A DNA stretch of 64,000 nucleotides from IMG/VR virus record IMGVR_UViG_3300027747_004524, positions 32,001 to 96,000 of that record; one strand, written 5' to 3'. This DNA comes from a virus. Within the stretch, counting starts at the first letter, position 1. Each line of letters opens with the position of its first letter. Both the position numbers and the translations under genes were made by a program. The notes below the pieces were generated by a model that was given only the letters and a program-made list of their open reading frames with translations, did no database searches and was not told where the DNA came from. This document shows, in pieces, positions 28,889 to 38,822 of the stretch.

Positions 28889-29161
28889 ATGATAAATGAC
28901 TTAATTATTGACAATATATACTTTGCTGACCTATTGGCTGCTGATTTCAAAAAGAGGTTTTATTTAGTATCTTATGATGAACTCCAAGCCGCAGCCTATC
29001 TTGGATTGGTAGAGGCAGCAAACAAGTTTAAATCAAACCCAAATAATGGGTTTAGGTCTTTTGCTAAATTCAGAATAATTGGAGCAATGAGAGACTATCT
29101 AAGAGAAATAAGATGGGGTTCTAGAAGGAAGCCGGTCGTTTTTGAATCTATAGAGTCTTGA
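28889..29161 (+). CDS. Sigma factor region-2-only protein (sigma28-like)
   Basis: DELQAAAYLGLVEAANKF..FRSFAKFRIIGAMRDYLRE; stops at 90 aa. Confidence 0.75.
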   Translation: MINDLIIDNIYFADLLAADFKKRFYLVSYDELQAAAYLGLVEAANKFKSNPNNGFRSFAKFRIIGAMRDYLREIRWGSRRKPVVFESIES

Positions 29162-29204
29162 ATTTATCCATGCAATTTACTAGAATACACGCAGGAGAAT
29201 CACT

Positions 29205-30044
29205 ATGAAAATATTTTACTTTTTGGCTTGCTTTCTGCTCCTTCAACAGTCTTTTGCCCAAGAAGCTACGCCCAAAGGATCTTCTTCTACCGTAGCAGAT
29301 GAAGATCCTGAACTTAAGAATTTGCAATGGAACAGATATGTAAAGGGCGATTACGTTGTTCTTAGCATCGATGAAAGCCAAGGAAGATGGCTAATTGATA
29401 ATATTGACCTGGTATCAAAATGGTGTACAGGTAGGTGGGGGTTAAAAGACATACCACTATCGAAAGAGTGCAGGATATTTTGTGTTCCCTCTAATCATTT
29501 ATTAAAGAAACTATTTAACATAGAAGATTCTAAAGCAGAAGTTAGACGAAATACGGATGGTTCAATAAGTATTAATGTGATTTGGCTGAGCTTAGAATCT
29601 TTTAACAAAGAATCGGTTGCTCCTTACTTAACTCACATACTTTTCTCCCAATCTTCAAAACCAGTTTGGTTTGTTAGAGGGGCAGAGATAATGAACTCCC
29701 CTTTGGCATCTATTAAATCTAAACTTCGTACAAAGGACTTAGGCCTCTCTTGTGAGAGCATTCTCTCTTTTACAGCAGAACAGTACGGCTCTTTATCTAA
29801 AGACAAAAAAGAGTCTTTCGATACGCAGTCTTTACTTCTTTGCCTGATGCTTCGAAAAGAACTTGGCCAAATTAAGCTGTTGTCTTTTTTAGATGGTTCC
29901 GATTTTAATTCCAATATTCGTAAAGTTTATGGATACAAAGACATGGCTGATTTTGAGTCTAAATATAAAATGTATTGCAATGACTTGTTAACTAAGATTA
30001 ACACGGTTCCTGACTTTTATTTTATTGTGAAAGGAGTTGATTGA
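29205..30044 (+). CDS. Secreted hypothetical protein (possible degenerate gluzincin-like)
   Basis: Signal peptide; YLTHIL..PVWFVRG. Confidence 0.65.
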   Translation: MKIFYFLACFLLLQQSFAQEATPKGSSSTVADEDPELKNLQWNRYVKGDYVVLSIDESQGRWLIDNIDLVSKWCTGRWGLKDIPLSKECRIFCVPSNHLLKKLFNIEDSKAEVRRNTDGSISINVIWLSLESFNKESVAPYLTHILFSQSSKPVWFVRGAEIMNSPLASIKSKLRTKDLGLSCESILSFTAEQYGSLSKDKKESFDTQSLLLCLMLRKELGQIKLLSFLDGSDFNSNIRKVYGYKDMADFESKYKMYCNDLLTKINTVPDFYFIVKGVD

Positions 30045-30304
30045 TGTTTTATTTATTTGGCTGGATTTTGTTCGGTCTTTTAGTAGGGATCGTTGCAAAA
30101 TACATACATCCTGGAAAGGACCCTGTTGGGATTATCCCTTCTTTGATAGGTGGCGTGGTCGGCTCCTTTGTAGGAGGTTTAGTCAACTATACGCTGTACG
30201 GAACTTTATCGGACTTTAGACCCGCAGGTCTTTTTATGTCTGTTATTGGAGCTGTTGTGTTTTTTGCTTTTCTTCGTTGGTATTCTTCAAAAAATGTTAA
30301 CTAA
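30044..30304 (+). CDS. GlsB/YeaQ/YmgE transglycosylase-associated membrane protein
   Basis: WILFGLLVGIVAKYIHPGKDPVG..GVVGSFVGG. Confidence 0.85.
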   Translation: MFYLFGWILFGLLVGIVAKYIHPGKDPVGIIPSLIGGVVGSFVGGLVNYTLYGTLSDFRPAGLFMSVIGAVVFFAFLRWYSSKNVN

Positions 30305-30506
30305 AGACTTAGTAGAAAGCCTTCGACAAAGATATGATGTGCACCCTTTAGTTTTTAATCGGTGTGTAGGCCGAGCAAAGAACGACGCAGAGCTTTTTGA
30401 CATGCTCGACTCATTTCCTAAGAAGTTTCCAATAGTTTGGTCTGAAGAGGAATACAGGTGGATTACCACAAACGATCCTTACTTATTCCAAGATTTTGAT
30501 CTATGA
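30294..30506 (+). CDS. Hypothetical protein
   Basis: Operon packing. Confidence 0.65.
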   Translation: MLTKDLVESLRQRYDVHPLVFNRCVGRAKNDAELFDMLDSFPKKFPIVWSEEEYRWITTNDPYLFQDFDL

Positions 30507-31099
30507 ATGTTTTTGAAGAGTACGCATCTCGTAAAAAAATAAGCTATCCAATAGCTTATCATACTTCCTCATCTTTGATTATTTTTGAATCAGACAAAAG
30601 AAAATGGAACGCAAAATTGTGTGTTTTGACTGTGGTGTGGAATTCTAATCCGCATCATCCTGGAATGTACAAAATTTGCTTAAGGTCACCTTATAACAAC
30701 GTTATTCCGCAAAATCTTTTACACTTAGACAAGACTCATTTTTTTGTTGAAAAATCTTGGTTTGAATATGAGGAATTCTTTTACAAATGGAAACCTAGTT
30801 TAGAAGGGTTGCGTCCTGTTTATGATAGTGAATCTTTATTATCTGCGTGGGAAATTTTTGTTTCTGTAAATGAATGTTTGTTTTTAAACCAATCAACCTT
30901 TGTAAAGAAAAAGCTTTTTGAAACTTTAGACCCCACCGCAACCCCCTCAGAAAGGCTTGCCTCTCTTTCTGAATTGACTTCCTCTTCTTCTTTTGACCAT
31001 ATGCTTGGTGCGTGGAAAAAAGGTTTTCTTGCTCCTATTGAAGAAGATTACATGAATTGGTATAAAAAGTTTATTGGGCTTTATCATGAAGAGTTTTGA
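30503..31099 (+). CDS. Hypothetical protein
   Basis: 198-aa ORF, ATGA overlap. Confidence 0.7.
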   Translation: MNVFEEYASRKKISYPIAYHTSSSLIIFESDKRKWNAKLCVLTVVWNSNPHHPGMYKICLRSPYNNVIPQNLLHLDKTHFFVEKSWFEYEEFFYKWKPSLEGLRPVYDSESLLSAWEIFVSVNECLFLNQSTFVKKKLFETLDPTATPSERLASLSELTSSSSFDHMLGAWKKGFLAPIEEDYMNWYKKFIGLYHEEF

Positions 31100-31379
31100 C
31101 AAAAAAAAGTTTGATTCACTTCAAAAGTCTGGCAAGGTCTGCATCCTGCAGTTTTGGTCTGCTTGGTGTGGCGATTGCTTCGATGTTGAACATCTAGAAA
31201 AATTTCAAAAGCACAATAGGGGTGTTTGCGTTTTTAGAGTTAACTTAGAAGACAATGAAGAATTCGCAGAGAAGTATCAAGTTAAAATAACTCCTTCTTA
31301 TCTATTCTTCAAAAACTTTAAGCTTCTTGAAACTCTTGTAGGAGTTCAAACCCAATCTTCTCTTGAAAGGTCTTTATGA
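31086..31379 (+). CDS. Thioredoxin-like protein
   Basis: FWSAWCGDC, cis-Pro region ITPSYLFFK. Confidence 0.8.
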   Translation: MKSFDKKKFDSLQKSGKVCILQFWSAWCGDCFDVEHLEKFQKHNRGVCVFRVNLEDNEEFAEKYQVKITPSYLFFKNFKLLETLVGVQTQSSLERSL

Positions 31380-32419
31380 AAAGAGTGCTATTAACAGGGG
31401 CCAGCGGCTTTATAGGAACACATTGCTTAAAGTATTTTATTGAAAATACCGACTGGTTTGTTGTGGCAATAGACTCTTTTCGTCACAAAGGCACTTACTC
31501 CAGGCTTTCCGAAATTGATATTCCAAAAGACAGGGTTTGCATCTTAAATCATGATTTGTCGGTTCCACTAGATGAGGTTCTAGAAAACAAGATTTTAGCA
31601 AGATCCATCGATCCATCTGGTTTGGTGCTAAGCTCTAAAATAGATTACGTTATAAACATGGCATCAGATTCTGCCGTGGAAAGATCTGTTTTAAATCCTG
31701 GTTCTTGTTGGTCCAATAACTGCAACTTAATTTTTAACGTTCTTGAATTTGCAAGAAAAGTTAAACCTAAGGTTTTTTTTCAAGTTTCTACTGATGAGGT
31801 TTATGGAGATTGCCCTCCCAATAGCTCTCATTTTGAGTGGGACACTATAATTCCTTCCAATCCATATTCTGCGTCCAAAGCAGCACAGGAAGCTCTTGCT
31901 ATATCTTACTGGCGTACATACGGTGTTCCTGTTGTTATTACCAACACGATGAATACAATAGGCGAATGGCAAGACAAAGAAAAGTTTTTGCCTAAAATTA
32001 TATGGAAAGTTGCAACAAACCAAGAAATGGAAATCTACGGCGAAAAGAATCAGTCAGGACATTACGAAACAGGTACTAGGTTCTACTTGCACGCTCAAAA
32101 CCATGCTGACGTTTTTGTTTGGTTGGCAGACAAGCCGCTTTCCTCTTATGAAGACGGAGACCCATTGCCAGATAGATATAACGTTGTTGGCGATGTTGAA
32201 TTAAGCAACCTTGATATGGCGGAGCTTGTTTCTGAAATTATGGGAAAGAAGCTTAAATACCGTATAGTTTCTTCTGAGTCTGTTAGAAAGGGCTACGATA
32301 AGCGATATGCCCTTGATGGATCAAAACTCAGGGAAATGGGCTGGACTGCTCCTGTGCCCTTTCTAAGGGGCTTAGAGAGGATCGTTAGATGGACTTTAGA
32401 TAACCCTTGGTGGGTTTAA
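31376..32419 (+). CDS. rmlB: dTDP-glucose 4,6-dehydratase-like NAD-dependent epimerase/dehydratase
   Basis: TGASGFIG, STDEVYG, NPYSASKAA, GYDKRYALD. Confidence 0.85.
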   Translation: MKRVLLTGASGFIGTHCLKYFIENTDWFVVAIDSFRHKGTYSRLSEIDIPKDRVCILNHDLSVPLDEVLENKILARSIDPSGLVLSSKIDYVINMASDSAVERSVLNPGSCWSNNCNLIFNVLEFARKVKPKVFFQVSTDEVYGDCPPNSSHFEWDTIIPSNPYSASKAAQEALAISYWRTYGVPVVITNTMNTIGEWQDKEKFLPKIIWKVATNQEMEIYGEKNQSGHYETGTRFYLHAQNHADVFVWLADKPLSSYEDGDPLPDRYNVVGDVELSNLDMAELVSEIMGKKLKYRIVSSESVRKGYDKRYALDGSKLREMGWTAPVPFLRGLERIVRWTLDNPWWV

Positions 32420-32485
32420 CAATCCTAATTTTGAATTAGTCAAAATACCCATTTTACACGCACCCTTTTTCTGTTATACTCCAAT

Positions 32486-33235
32486 ATGGCATGGTATTTT
32501 ACTTCTGACTGGCATCTAAACCACTCTAACATCATTAAGTACTGTAACCGACCCTTCACAAGCATCGAAGAAAAAGAGCTAATTGAATCTGCTTATAAAG
32601 GCTTAATACCCTTAAAGAGCATTAAGATAAGTCAAGAATCTTTAGATAGAATGAATAACTCAATAATAGAAGCAACAAACAATGTTGTTTGTGAAACCGA
32701 TAACTTGGTAATTTTAGGTGACTTTTGTTGGACTTCTACTCCTAAAGATCAAATTCGTGATTTAGTGTCTAAGTTAAGATGTAAAAATCTTTATCTGATA
32801 TGGGGAAATCACGATAACAGACAGACTTTTTTACCTTTTTTTAAGGCAACATATGATCAATATGTATTTCACATAGAAGGTCAGCATATATTTGCCATGC
32901 ACTACCCTTGCAAATCTTGGTATAGATCTTCTTATGGAAGCTGGATGCTTTATGGCCATGTACACAACCAATTATGTCATCAAGATAATGGGCTTCTATC
33001 AGACACAGAGTCTTCTGCTCTTAAAAATGCACTAGAAAGTTTGGTTGGTTCTTCCTGCCCATCTATTGATGAGTCGTCTATTAACACTGCATATAACTCT
33101 ATCTCTAGCATATTTCGAAAGAAACTTTTTGCACTCGATGTTGGCGTGGATAACCAGAGAGAGGGTGTTCCATTTGGAACCCCTTGGAGCTTCAGTGAAA
33201 TTAGATGTCACATGGAAAACAAACTTCTTGGTTAG
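32486..33235 (+). CDS. Calcineurin-like metallophosphoesterase
   Basis: SDWH, GDF, GNHD, GHVH, DVGVD. Confidence 0.88.
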   Translation: MAWYFTSDWHLNHSNIIKYCNRPFTSIEEKELIESAYKGLIPLKSIKISQESLDRMNNSIIEATNNVVCETDNLVILGDFCWTSTPKDQIRDLVSKLRCKNLYLIWGNHDNRQTFLPFFKATYDQYVFHIEGQHIFAMHYPCKSWYRSSYGSWMLYGHVHNQLCHQDNGLLSDTESSALKNALESLVGSSCPSIDESSINTAYNSISSIFRKKLFALDVGVDNQREGVPFGTPWSFSEIRCHMENKLLG

Positions 33236-33343
33236 TTATAAGTCCTTGTTTTAAAAGCACTTGTAATAAAAACTTGCTTCATTACTTTTTACACCTGTTT
33301 TTCCCGATGCGTCCTGCTACTATTGTCTTAGCAGGATACTAAA

Positions 33344-33916
33344 ATGAGTTGCCAACCAAAGCCCTGTTACGAACAGAGCCATATAAACGTTGAAGACTAC
33401 CTTTATATGGTCGAAGCAATATCGAACAAGTTTAACTCCGAACGCGTAAGAAGCATTAGAGACTCTGAAATCTACGGATATCTTTCACAAGAGCTGGTCT
33501 CCTGCCGTTTAAGATTCAATCCCTCCAAAGCATCCTTTGATAAGTACCTTTCTTCTCACCTTTTTAACAAAGCCATAGATTTTGTAAGAAGGTCGAAAAG
33601 AAAGAAGAGATGTCATGGTTGTTTTTCAATGGACCAAGAAGATATAAACAACCTTCCCCAGCCTAGTTCAAACAATGTTGTCTCTACTGATTTGCTTCCT
33701 ACTCTTTTGGCAGAATGTTCTCAAGACTCTCCTAGAGACGTTCAGGACAGAATGATTCTTATGGAGCACTACCTCACAGGAAGAAGTGTTGCCGAGCTTT
33801 CAAAAAAGTACAATACAACAAGAGTGACGATATACAACAGAATCAAGAAAAGCCTTAAAAAAATTAGAGAGAACCACAACTTATCTTTTGAAACTGGGGG
33901 TGATATTATGTTCTAG
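33344..33916 (+). CDS. Sigma-70 family factor (regions 2 and 4, ECF/sigma28-like)
   Basis: RFNPSKASFDKYL..NKAIDFVR; SVAELSKKYNTTRVTIYNRI HTH. Confidence 0.75.
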   Translation: MSCQPKPCYEQSHINVEDYLYMVEAISNKFNSERVRSIRDSEIYGYLSQELVSCRLRFNPSKASFDKYLSSHLFNKAIDFVRRSKRKKRCHGCFSMDQEDINNLPQPSSNNVVSTDLLPTLLAECSQDSPRDVQDRMILMEHYLTGRSVAELSKKYNTTRVTIYNRIKKSLKKIRENHNLSFETGGDIMF

Positions 33917-33983
33917 TTCCTTGCTTTTATTGTTACTTCGTTAATTCACACTCAATTTCACAATTTAGAATCGGAGATTTAAA

Positions 33984-34361
33984 ATGTCCCACTTTGAACC
34001 CAGACCTAACGTTAATCCGCCCTTTAAGGTAGATCTTTGTTGCAACGTCAACATCGAAGTTCATGTTGCAATGAGACTTGGTGAACTTATTAAGGCATCG
34101 AGAACAGAAGACAAACAGCTTATGGCCTTGGGCCATAGACTCGCTTCTGCGATGACTCATCTCATTGACCAATTAGACAACAGGCAGTTTGAAAGACTAT
34201 CGCAGCATATGGACGAGCAGTCTGATGACTCCTACGAGTCTAATGATTCCGATTCTTATGTTACAAAGGCTAGACGCTCTTTTCCAAACTCAATGGATTA
34301 CGTTAAGGGTTCCATGGATATGAAGGATTTTGTTTCGGCTGTTGCGTCTAAAAAAGAGTAA
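33984..34361 (+). CDS. Hypothetical protein
   Basis: GGAG RBS; followed by terminator. Confidence 0.75.
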   Translation: MSHFEPRPNVNPPFKVDLCCNVNIEVHVAMRLGELIKASRTEDKQLMALGHRLASAMTHLIDQLDNRQFERLSQHMDEQSDDSYESNDSDSYVTKARRSFPNSMDYVKGSMDMKDFVSAVASKKE

Positions 34362-34382
34362 AGCTACCTATTTTTAGATCTC

Positions 34383-34417
34383 AAAAACCCCTGCCCTAAA
34401 AAGGCAGGGGTTTTTTT
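34383..34417. terminator. Intrinsic terminator
   Basis: AAAAACCCCTGCC-loop-GGCAGGGGTTTTTTT. Confidence 0.85.
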
Positions 34418-34449
34418 GTTTGACAATCAGCTACTTTTTACTTATTTTT

Positions 34450-34587
34450 ATGGAATGTGGCCTTACAGATGACGACCAAACTCTATTTTTGATGAACGTT
34501 AGAAGGCAACCTTCATTATACAAACTTTTATTTGTTCCTCCTCTTGCTTGGTCTGCGGGCTTTTACCTATTTTCAAAAAGCATTTGA
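34450..34587 (+). CDS. Possible 45-aa small protein
   Basis: ORF after TTGACA at 34420; no clear RBS. Confidence 0.3.
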   Translation: MECGLTDDDQTLFLMNVRRQPSLYKLLFVPPLAWSAGFYLFSKSI

Positions 34588-34632
34588 CGCATGGCTTTTA
34601 TATGTTAAAATACTTTTTAAGAGGATTCTTTT

Positions 34633-35313
34633 ATGGGTATGTTTGATCGAATAGAAGTCCACAAGGAAATTGCTCTTCCTTATCCTAACGATTTTGGAAA
34701 TTTCGATTTTTCTGAACTTGAATTCCAAACAAAATGTTTAGAAAACTGCCTTTCTGATTACATTCTTAAAAAAGATGGATTGTACTTGCTAGAAGACGGC
34801 AAACTAGTCAATAAGCAGTTTCATGGAGTCCTAGACTTTGGTGCGTATTACACAACTGACTTAATTGATTACTTGATCGATTTTAGAGCAAAATACACAG
34901 ACGGTACCTTAGTAGAAGTTAAATTACATAGATTCCAAAAGTTTTTTCATGAAAGCACAAAAGAAAAATTTAAGATTTTGAAGGATAGGGAAGAGAAAAG
35001 AAGAAAAAATATTTTTTTAAGACTGCAATCATTCTTTGTCCGCTTTATTGGGTTGAAGTCTAAATGGCTTGGTGTCTTCGAAAAAGATAACACTATAATT
35101 TCTTTGTACTCGCCCAAATTGATACTTCTTAGAAAAAGAGATTTTAGAGGTTGCTATTCTTATGGACTAATGCTAGAAAACTTTGACTTTGGTTTTAAGT
35201 TCAGCTTTAGTCATCACGATAATGTTTTTTGCATTAAGTTTTTTGGATTTGGCTTTGAACTAAGAAAGTTTTTAAGTCCACTTTTCGAAGATTTTATAAA
35301 TGAAAAGACTTAA
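34633..35313 (+). CDS. Hypothetical protein
   Basis: GAGG RBS, 226 aa. Confidence 0.75.
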   Translation: MGMFDRIEVHKEIALPYPNDFGNFDFSELEFQTKCLENCLSDYILKKDGLYLLEDGKLVNKQFHGVLDFGAYYTTDLIDYLIDFRAKYTDGTLVEVKLHRFQKFFHESTKEKFKILKDREEKRRKNIFLRLQSFFVRFIGLKSKWLGVFEKDNTIISLYSPKLILLRKRDFRGCYSYGLMLENFDFGFKFSFSHHDNVFCIKFFGFGFELRKFLSPLFEDFINEKT

Positions 35314-35563
35314 AGAGGGAGATAAGGTAAGGGTTTCTGGCGGACCTTACTATCTCACTAAAGAAGGAAAGAAAATTAAATTGGGCGAGAGGGGAGTCGG
35401 TACGTTCATGGGGATGCACCCAGACGGAAACGGAGCTCTCATAGCTTTTAACGGCGACAAGTCTTCTAGCTACGTTTACGTAGGTCCAACCCATGTGTCC
35501 CCCATAACAGGAACAACTATGACCTCCCACAAAATATCTAAAAAGAGATATCGTAGGTCTTAA
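35300..35563 (+). CDS. Small SH3/KOW-like protein
   Basis: LKEGDKVRVSGGPY. Confidence 0.65.
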   Translation: MKRLKEGDKVRVSGGPYYLTKEGKKIKLGERGVGTFMGMHPDGNGALIAFNGDKSSSYVYVGPTHVSPITGTTMTSHKISKKRYRRS

Positions 35564-35570
35564 TCTATTT

Positions 35571-38500
35571 TTAACTACATGTACCTGTAGTATTACAGGT
35601 TACTGTTCCTGAAACGGTTCCTATATTATTGGACGCATTATTAAAGGTAGCATTTCCGTTGATAGTTCCCTCGTTAACTGATGTGCCATTAAATATAGCG
35701 TTACCATTAACAATTGAAGTTCCGTCGTAGTTAACAGAATTATCATAGAAAGTAGCATTTCCGTTAACAACTCCTCCAAGGTAACGAACGTTGTTGTCTC
35801 TATAATTTTTTGAATTATCATAGAATGAGGTTATTCCATTTGTAAAGCCATGGTTGTTATTGTAGGTGTAAAACCGAGCCGCTCCTGTAACGATTCCAAT
35901 GTTTGATGTATTACGAAACTCCCAAGTAGTAATCTCTGCATCCCCACCACCAGCATTATTAACATAAGTTAGTCCTCCAACACTTCCGTTTGCATAGCCA
36001 GTAACATCTACCGCAACACCATATTCGTTCGAAGTCAAATAATTAAATGTAACGTTTCCATTAACTTGTCCTAAGTTTATTGCAGAATCATTAAAAGTAG
36101 CGTTTCCTGCTACTACTCCACAATTTCCTACCTCAAAGTCTCGTCCAATGCGAGAGCTGTTATTAAATGTTGCATTACCTTGAACTGTACCGTAATTAAA
36201 AACAGAGGTATCGTTGAAGGTTGCATTTTGATTAACAGTTACATAATTTACGTCACTAACTCCGCCATTATACGTCCCAGCAGCAGAGCTGTTGTTAAAT
36301 GTTGCGTCTCCTTCTATTACACCGCCTATCCAAGGCTCACCACCGTTGTTACCACCAAAACCTGCACATGAATTGTCATTAAATGTTGCATTTCCTTTAA
36401 CTCTTCCGTTCATAATAGAGTTGTTATTAAATGTAGCGTTACCATTTATTATGCCATAAAAGTTATCTCCGTGTTCGTTCGATAGCGAGGCATCGTTGTT
36501 AAAGGTTGCATTTCCCGATACAGTGCCTTGACACACTGCGTTGTCGTTAAATATTGCGTCACCGACTATAGGGTAATCGTTGGTCACTATAGAAACGCAC
36601 TTTGAACTATCGTTAAAGACAACAGGATTGTTTATCATGTATAATTTTCCATAGTTTGCTCCGTCGCCAGAAAGTAATGCGTTGTTGTTGAAGTTAGCTG
36701 TGCCATTAACCGTTAAACCTATCGCGAGCTCAGCGTTTACAACCAAGTTTAGAATTGTAGGTGGTGTTATACTACTAGTGTGAGTTAAAGGAGAATCTAC
36801 TACAACTAAACCTGTATACTGATCTGGTGCCGACGTCGAAACTGTATGGGCAGCATCAGAGTACCAATTGGACGCGTTCCATGAACCCCCCGATCCCGCA
36901 CTTCCTGTCCAGAAGTATCTTTCTACTAAATCGCAAGGTGGAGCTCCTATATCAATCTGTCCAGACTCATATTGAACATGGTTTATGCAACCGTCACCAT
37001 TTTGGTCTAGGGTTGTTGGGGATCCGTTTATATAATAAGTGCTGTCACATAAACTATAACCACTGTCGTAGTCGCCGTTAGATGGATCGAATGTTAAACT
37101 TCCGCCTGAGTAGCTCTTTCCTTCCCAACATCCGTTACCAGTAGAGTCTAGTGTTGTTTCAACGTTATCAATGTAATAATAATAACTATTCCATCCTGTT
37201 GGTTGAATGTTTCCTTGATAATAAGGGTGATAGAAGACGAGGTCGGGACCGTTCCAAACTCCGTTTCCGTTAGAGTCTAGAGTTGTTTCAACGCTATTAA
37301 TGTAATAATAATAACCATTCCATCCTGTTGGTTGACTGTTTCCTTGATAATATGCGGAAGTATTCCAGTATCCACTTCCATTAGAATCTAGCGTTGTTTC
37401 AACGCTATTAATGTAATAATAATAACCATTCCATCCTGTTGTTTGACTGTTTCCTTGATAATAAGGACTACCGTTCCAAACTCCGTTTCCGTTAGAGTCT
37501 AGTGTTGTTGCTTGTCCACTAACGTAATAAGTGCTGTCACATGTGAAATAACCAGTACCACTCGATGAATCAAATGTTAAACTTCCGCCTGAATAGCTCT
37601 TTCCGTCCCAACATCCGTCACCATTCTGGTCTAGAGTTGTTTCAGTATTGCCGACATAATAATAATAACCATTCCAACCTGTTTGTTGACTGTTTCCTTG
37701 ATAATATGCGGAAGTATTCCAGTATCCACTTCCATTAGCATCTAGAGTTGTTGCTTGGCCGCTAATGTAGTAAGTGCTGTCACATGAGAAATAGCCTGTA
37801 CCATTGGATGAATCAAATGTAACTACTCCGGCTGAGTAGCTCTTTCCGTCCCAACATCCTATTCCAAAAGAGTCTAGTGTTGTTGTTTGGCCGCTAATGT
37901 AATAAGTGCTATCGCAACTATTAAACCCTGTGCCGTTATTTGGGTCAAAATCAATATTACCACCTGAGTAGTGAGCGTTATTCCAACATCCATCGCCATT
38001 CTGGTCTAGTGTTGTTTCAGTATTGCTGATATAATAATAATAACTATTCCAACCTGTTTGTTGAGTGTTTCCTTCATAATATGCTTGAGAACTCCAGTAT
38101 CCACTTCCATTAGAATCTAGCGTGGTAATTTGTCCATCTTTATAATAAACTCCTGTGCACGAATTCCAACCATTATAAACTAAAGACGCTGTTGGCATTC
38201 CATTTTGATAGTCGGTGCTGTTTAAGCAGCCATTGCCACTACTATCCAATGCAGTTGCTTGGCCGCTAATGTAGTACACATCGTCACAAATGTTGTAACC
38301 GTTGTCTGTTGAAGGGTTGAAGAGAACCGAAGCAGGAGTTGCACCATTAAGTCCATATAGAATATTATTCCAACATCCAGATCCATTAAAGTCTAGTGTT
38401 GTTGCTTGGCCGTTAATGTAGTAAATGCTGTTCCAATAACCGGATCCATTAAAGTCTAGTGTTGTTGCTTGTCCATCTATATAGTATGTGTTTCCATCCC

Positions 38501-38639
38501 AGCCATTCTCAAAAGGTGTAGGTGAAGGTGTAGGAGAGATACCTGTAGGTGAAGGCGTGGGAGAAACACCTCCTGCTACTCTGTTAAAAAAAGCTTTTTT
38601 AACACTATCATCATATCTAATAATCTTTGGGTTTGGCAT
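35571..38639 (-). CDS. Repeat-rich putative tail fibre/receptor-binding protein
   Basis: TPSP linker, many YYIxGxxTTLDxxGxG repeats, C-terminal GNATFNxxS beta-helix-like repeats; TAAATA on minus strand at 38671-38676. Confidence 0.75.
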   Translation of the reverse strand: MPNPKIIRYDDSVKKAFFNRVAGGVSPTPSPTGISPTPSPTPFENGWDGNTYYIDGQATTLDFNGSGYWNSIYYINGQATTLDFNGSGCWNNILYGLNGATPASVLFNPSTDNGYNICDDVYYISGQATALDSSGNGCLNSTDYQNGMPTASLVYNGWNSCTGVYYKDGQITTLDSNGSGYWSSQAYYEGNTQQTGWNSYYYYISNTETTLDQNGDGCWNNAHYSGGNIDFDPNNGTGFNSCDSTYYISGQTTTLDSFGIGCWDGKSYSAGVVTFDSSNGTGYFSCDSTYYISGQATTLDANGSGYWNTSAYYQGNSQQTGWNGYYYYVGNTETTLDQNGDGCWDGKSYSGGSLTFDSSSGTGYFTCDSTYYVSGQATTLDSNGNGVWNGSPYYQGNSQTTGWNGYYYYINSVETTLDSNGSGYWNTSAYYQGNSQPTGWNGYYYYINSVETTLDSNGNGVWNGPDLVFYHPYYQGNIQPTGWNSYYYYIDNVETTLDSTGNGCWEGKSYSGGSLTFDPSNGDYDSGYSLCDSTYYINGSPTTLDQNGDGCINHVQYESGQIDIGAPPCDLVERYFWTGSAGSGGSWNASNWYSDAAHTVSTSAPDQYTGLVVVDSPLTHTSSITPPTILNLVVNAELAIGLTVNGTANFNNNALLSGDGANYGKLYMINNPVVFNDSSKCVSIVTNDYPIVGDAIFNDNAVCQGTVSGNATFNNDASLSNEHGDNFYGIINGNATFNNNSIMNGRVKGNATFNDNSCAGFGGNNGGEPWIGGVIEGDATFNNSSAAGTYNGGVSDVNYVTVNQNATFNDTSVFNYGTVQGNATFNNSSRIGRDFEVGNCGVVAGNATFNDSAINLGQVNGNVTFNYLTSNEYGVAVDVTGYANGSVGGLTYVNNAGGGDAEITTWEFRNTSNIGIVTGAARFYTYNNNHGFTNGITSFYDNSKNYRDNNVRYLGGVVNGNATFYDNSVNYDGTSIVNGNAIFNGTSVNEGTINGNATFNNASNNIGTVSGTVTCNTTGTCS
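37282..37441. repeat. Near-exact 111-bp-period internal duplication in fibre gene
   Basis: 37282-37330 is identical to 37393-37441. Confidence 0.85.
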
Positions 38640-38822
38640 GTCTTTCCTTTTTGTGCACTTACTATTACTTTATTTACGGACTTTTCGCCTAATTTTGAAT
38701 TAGCTTTGGTAGGTTTTTGGTAATTTGGGTAGTTTATTCGATATCTTCAGCCATTGATTTTACTTTTCTGCTTTTTGAGCTATAATACTTGGGTGTTCGT
38801 AACTCTCTAAGAAAGGATCTTT

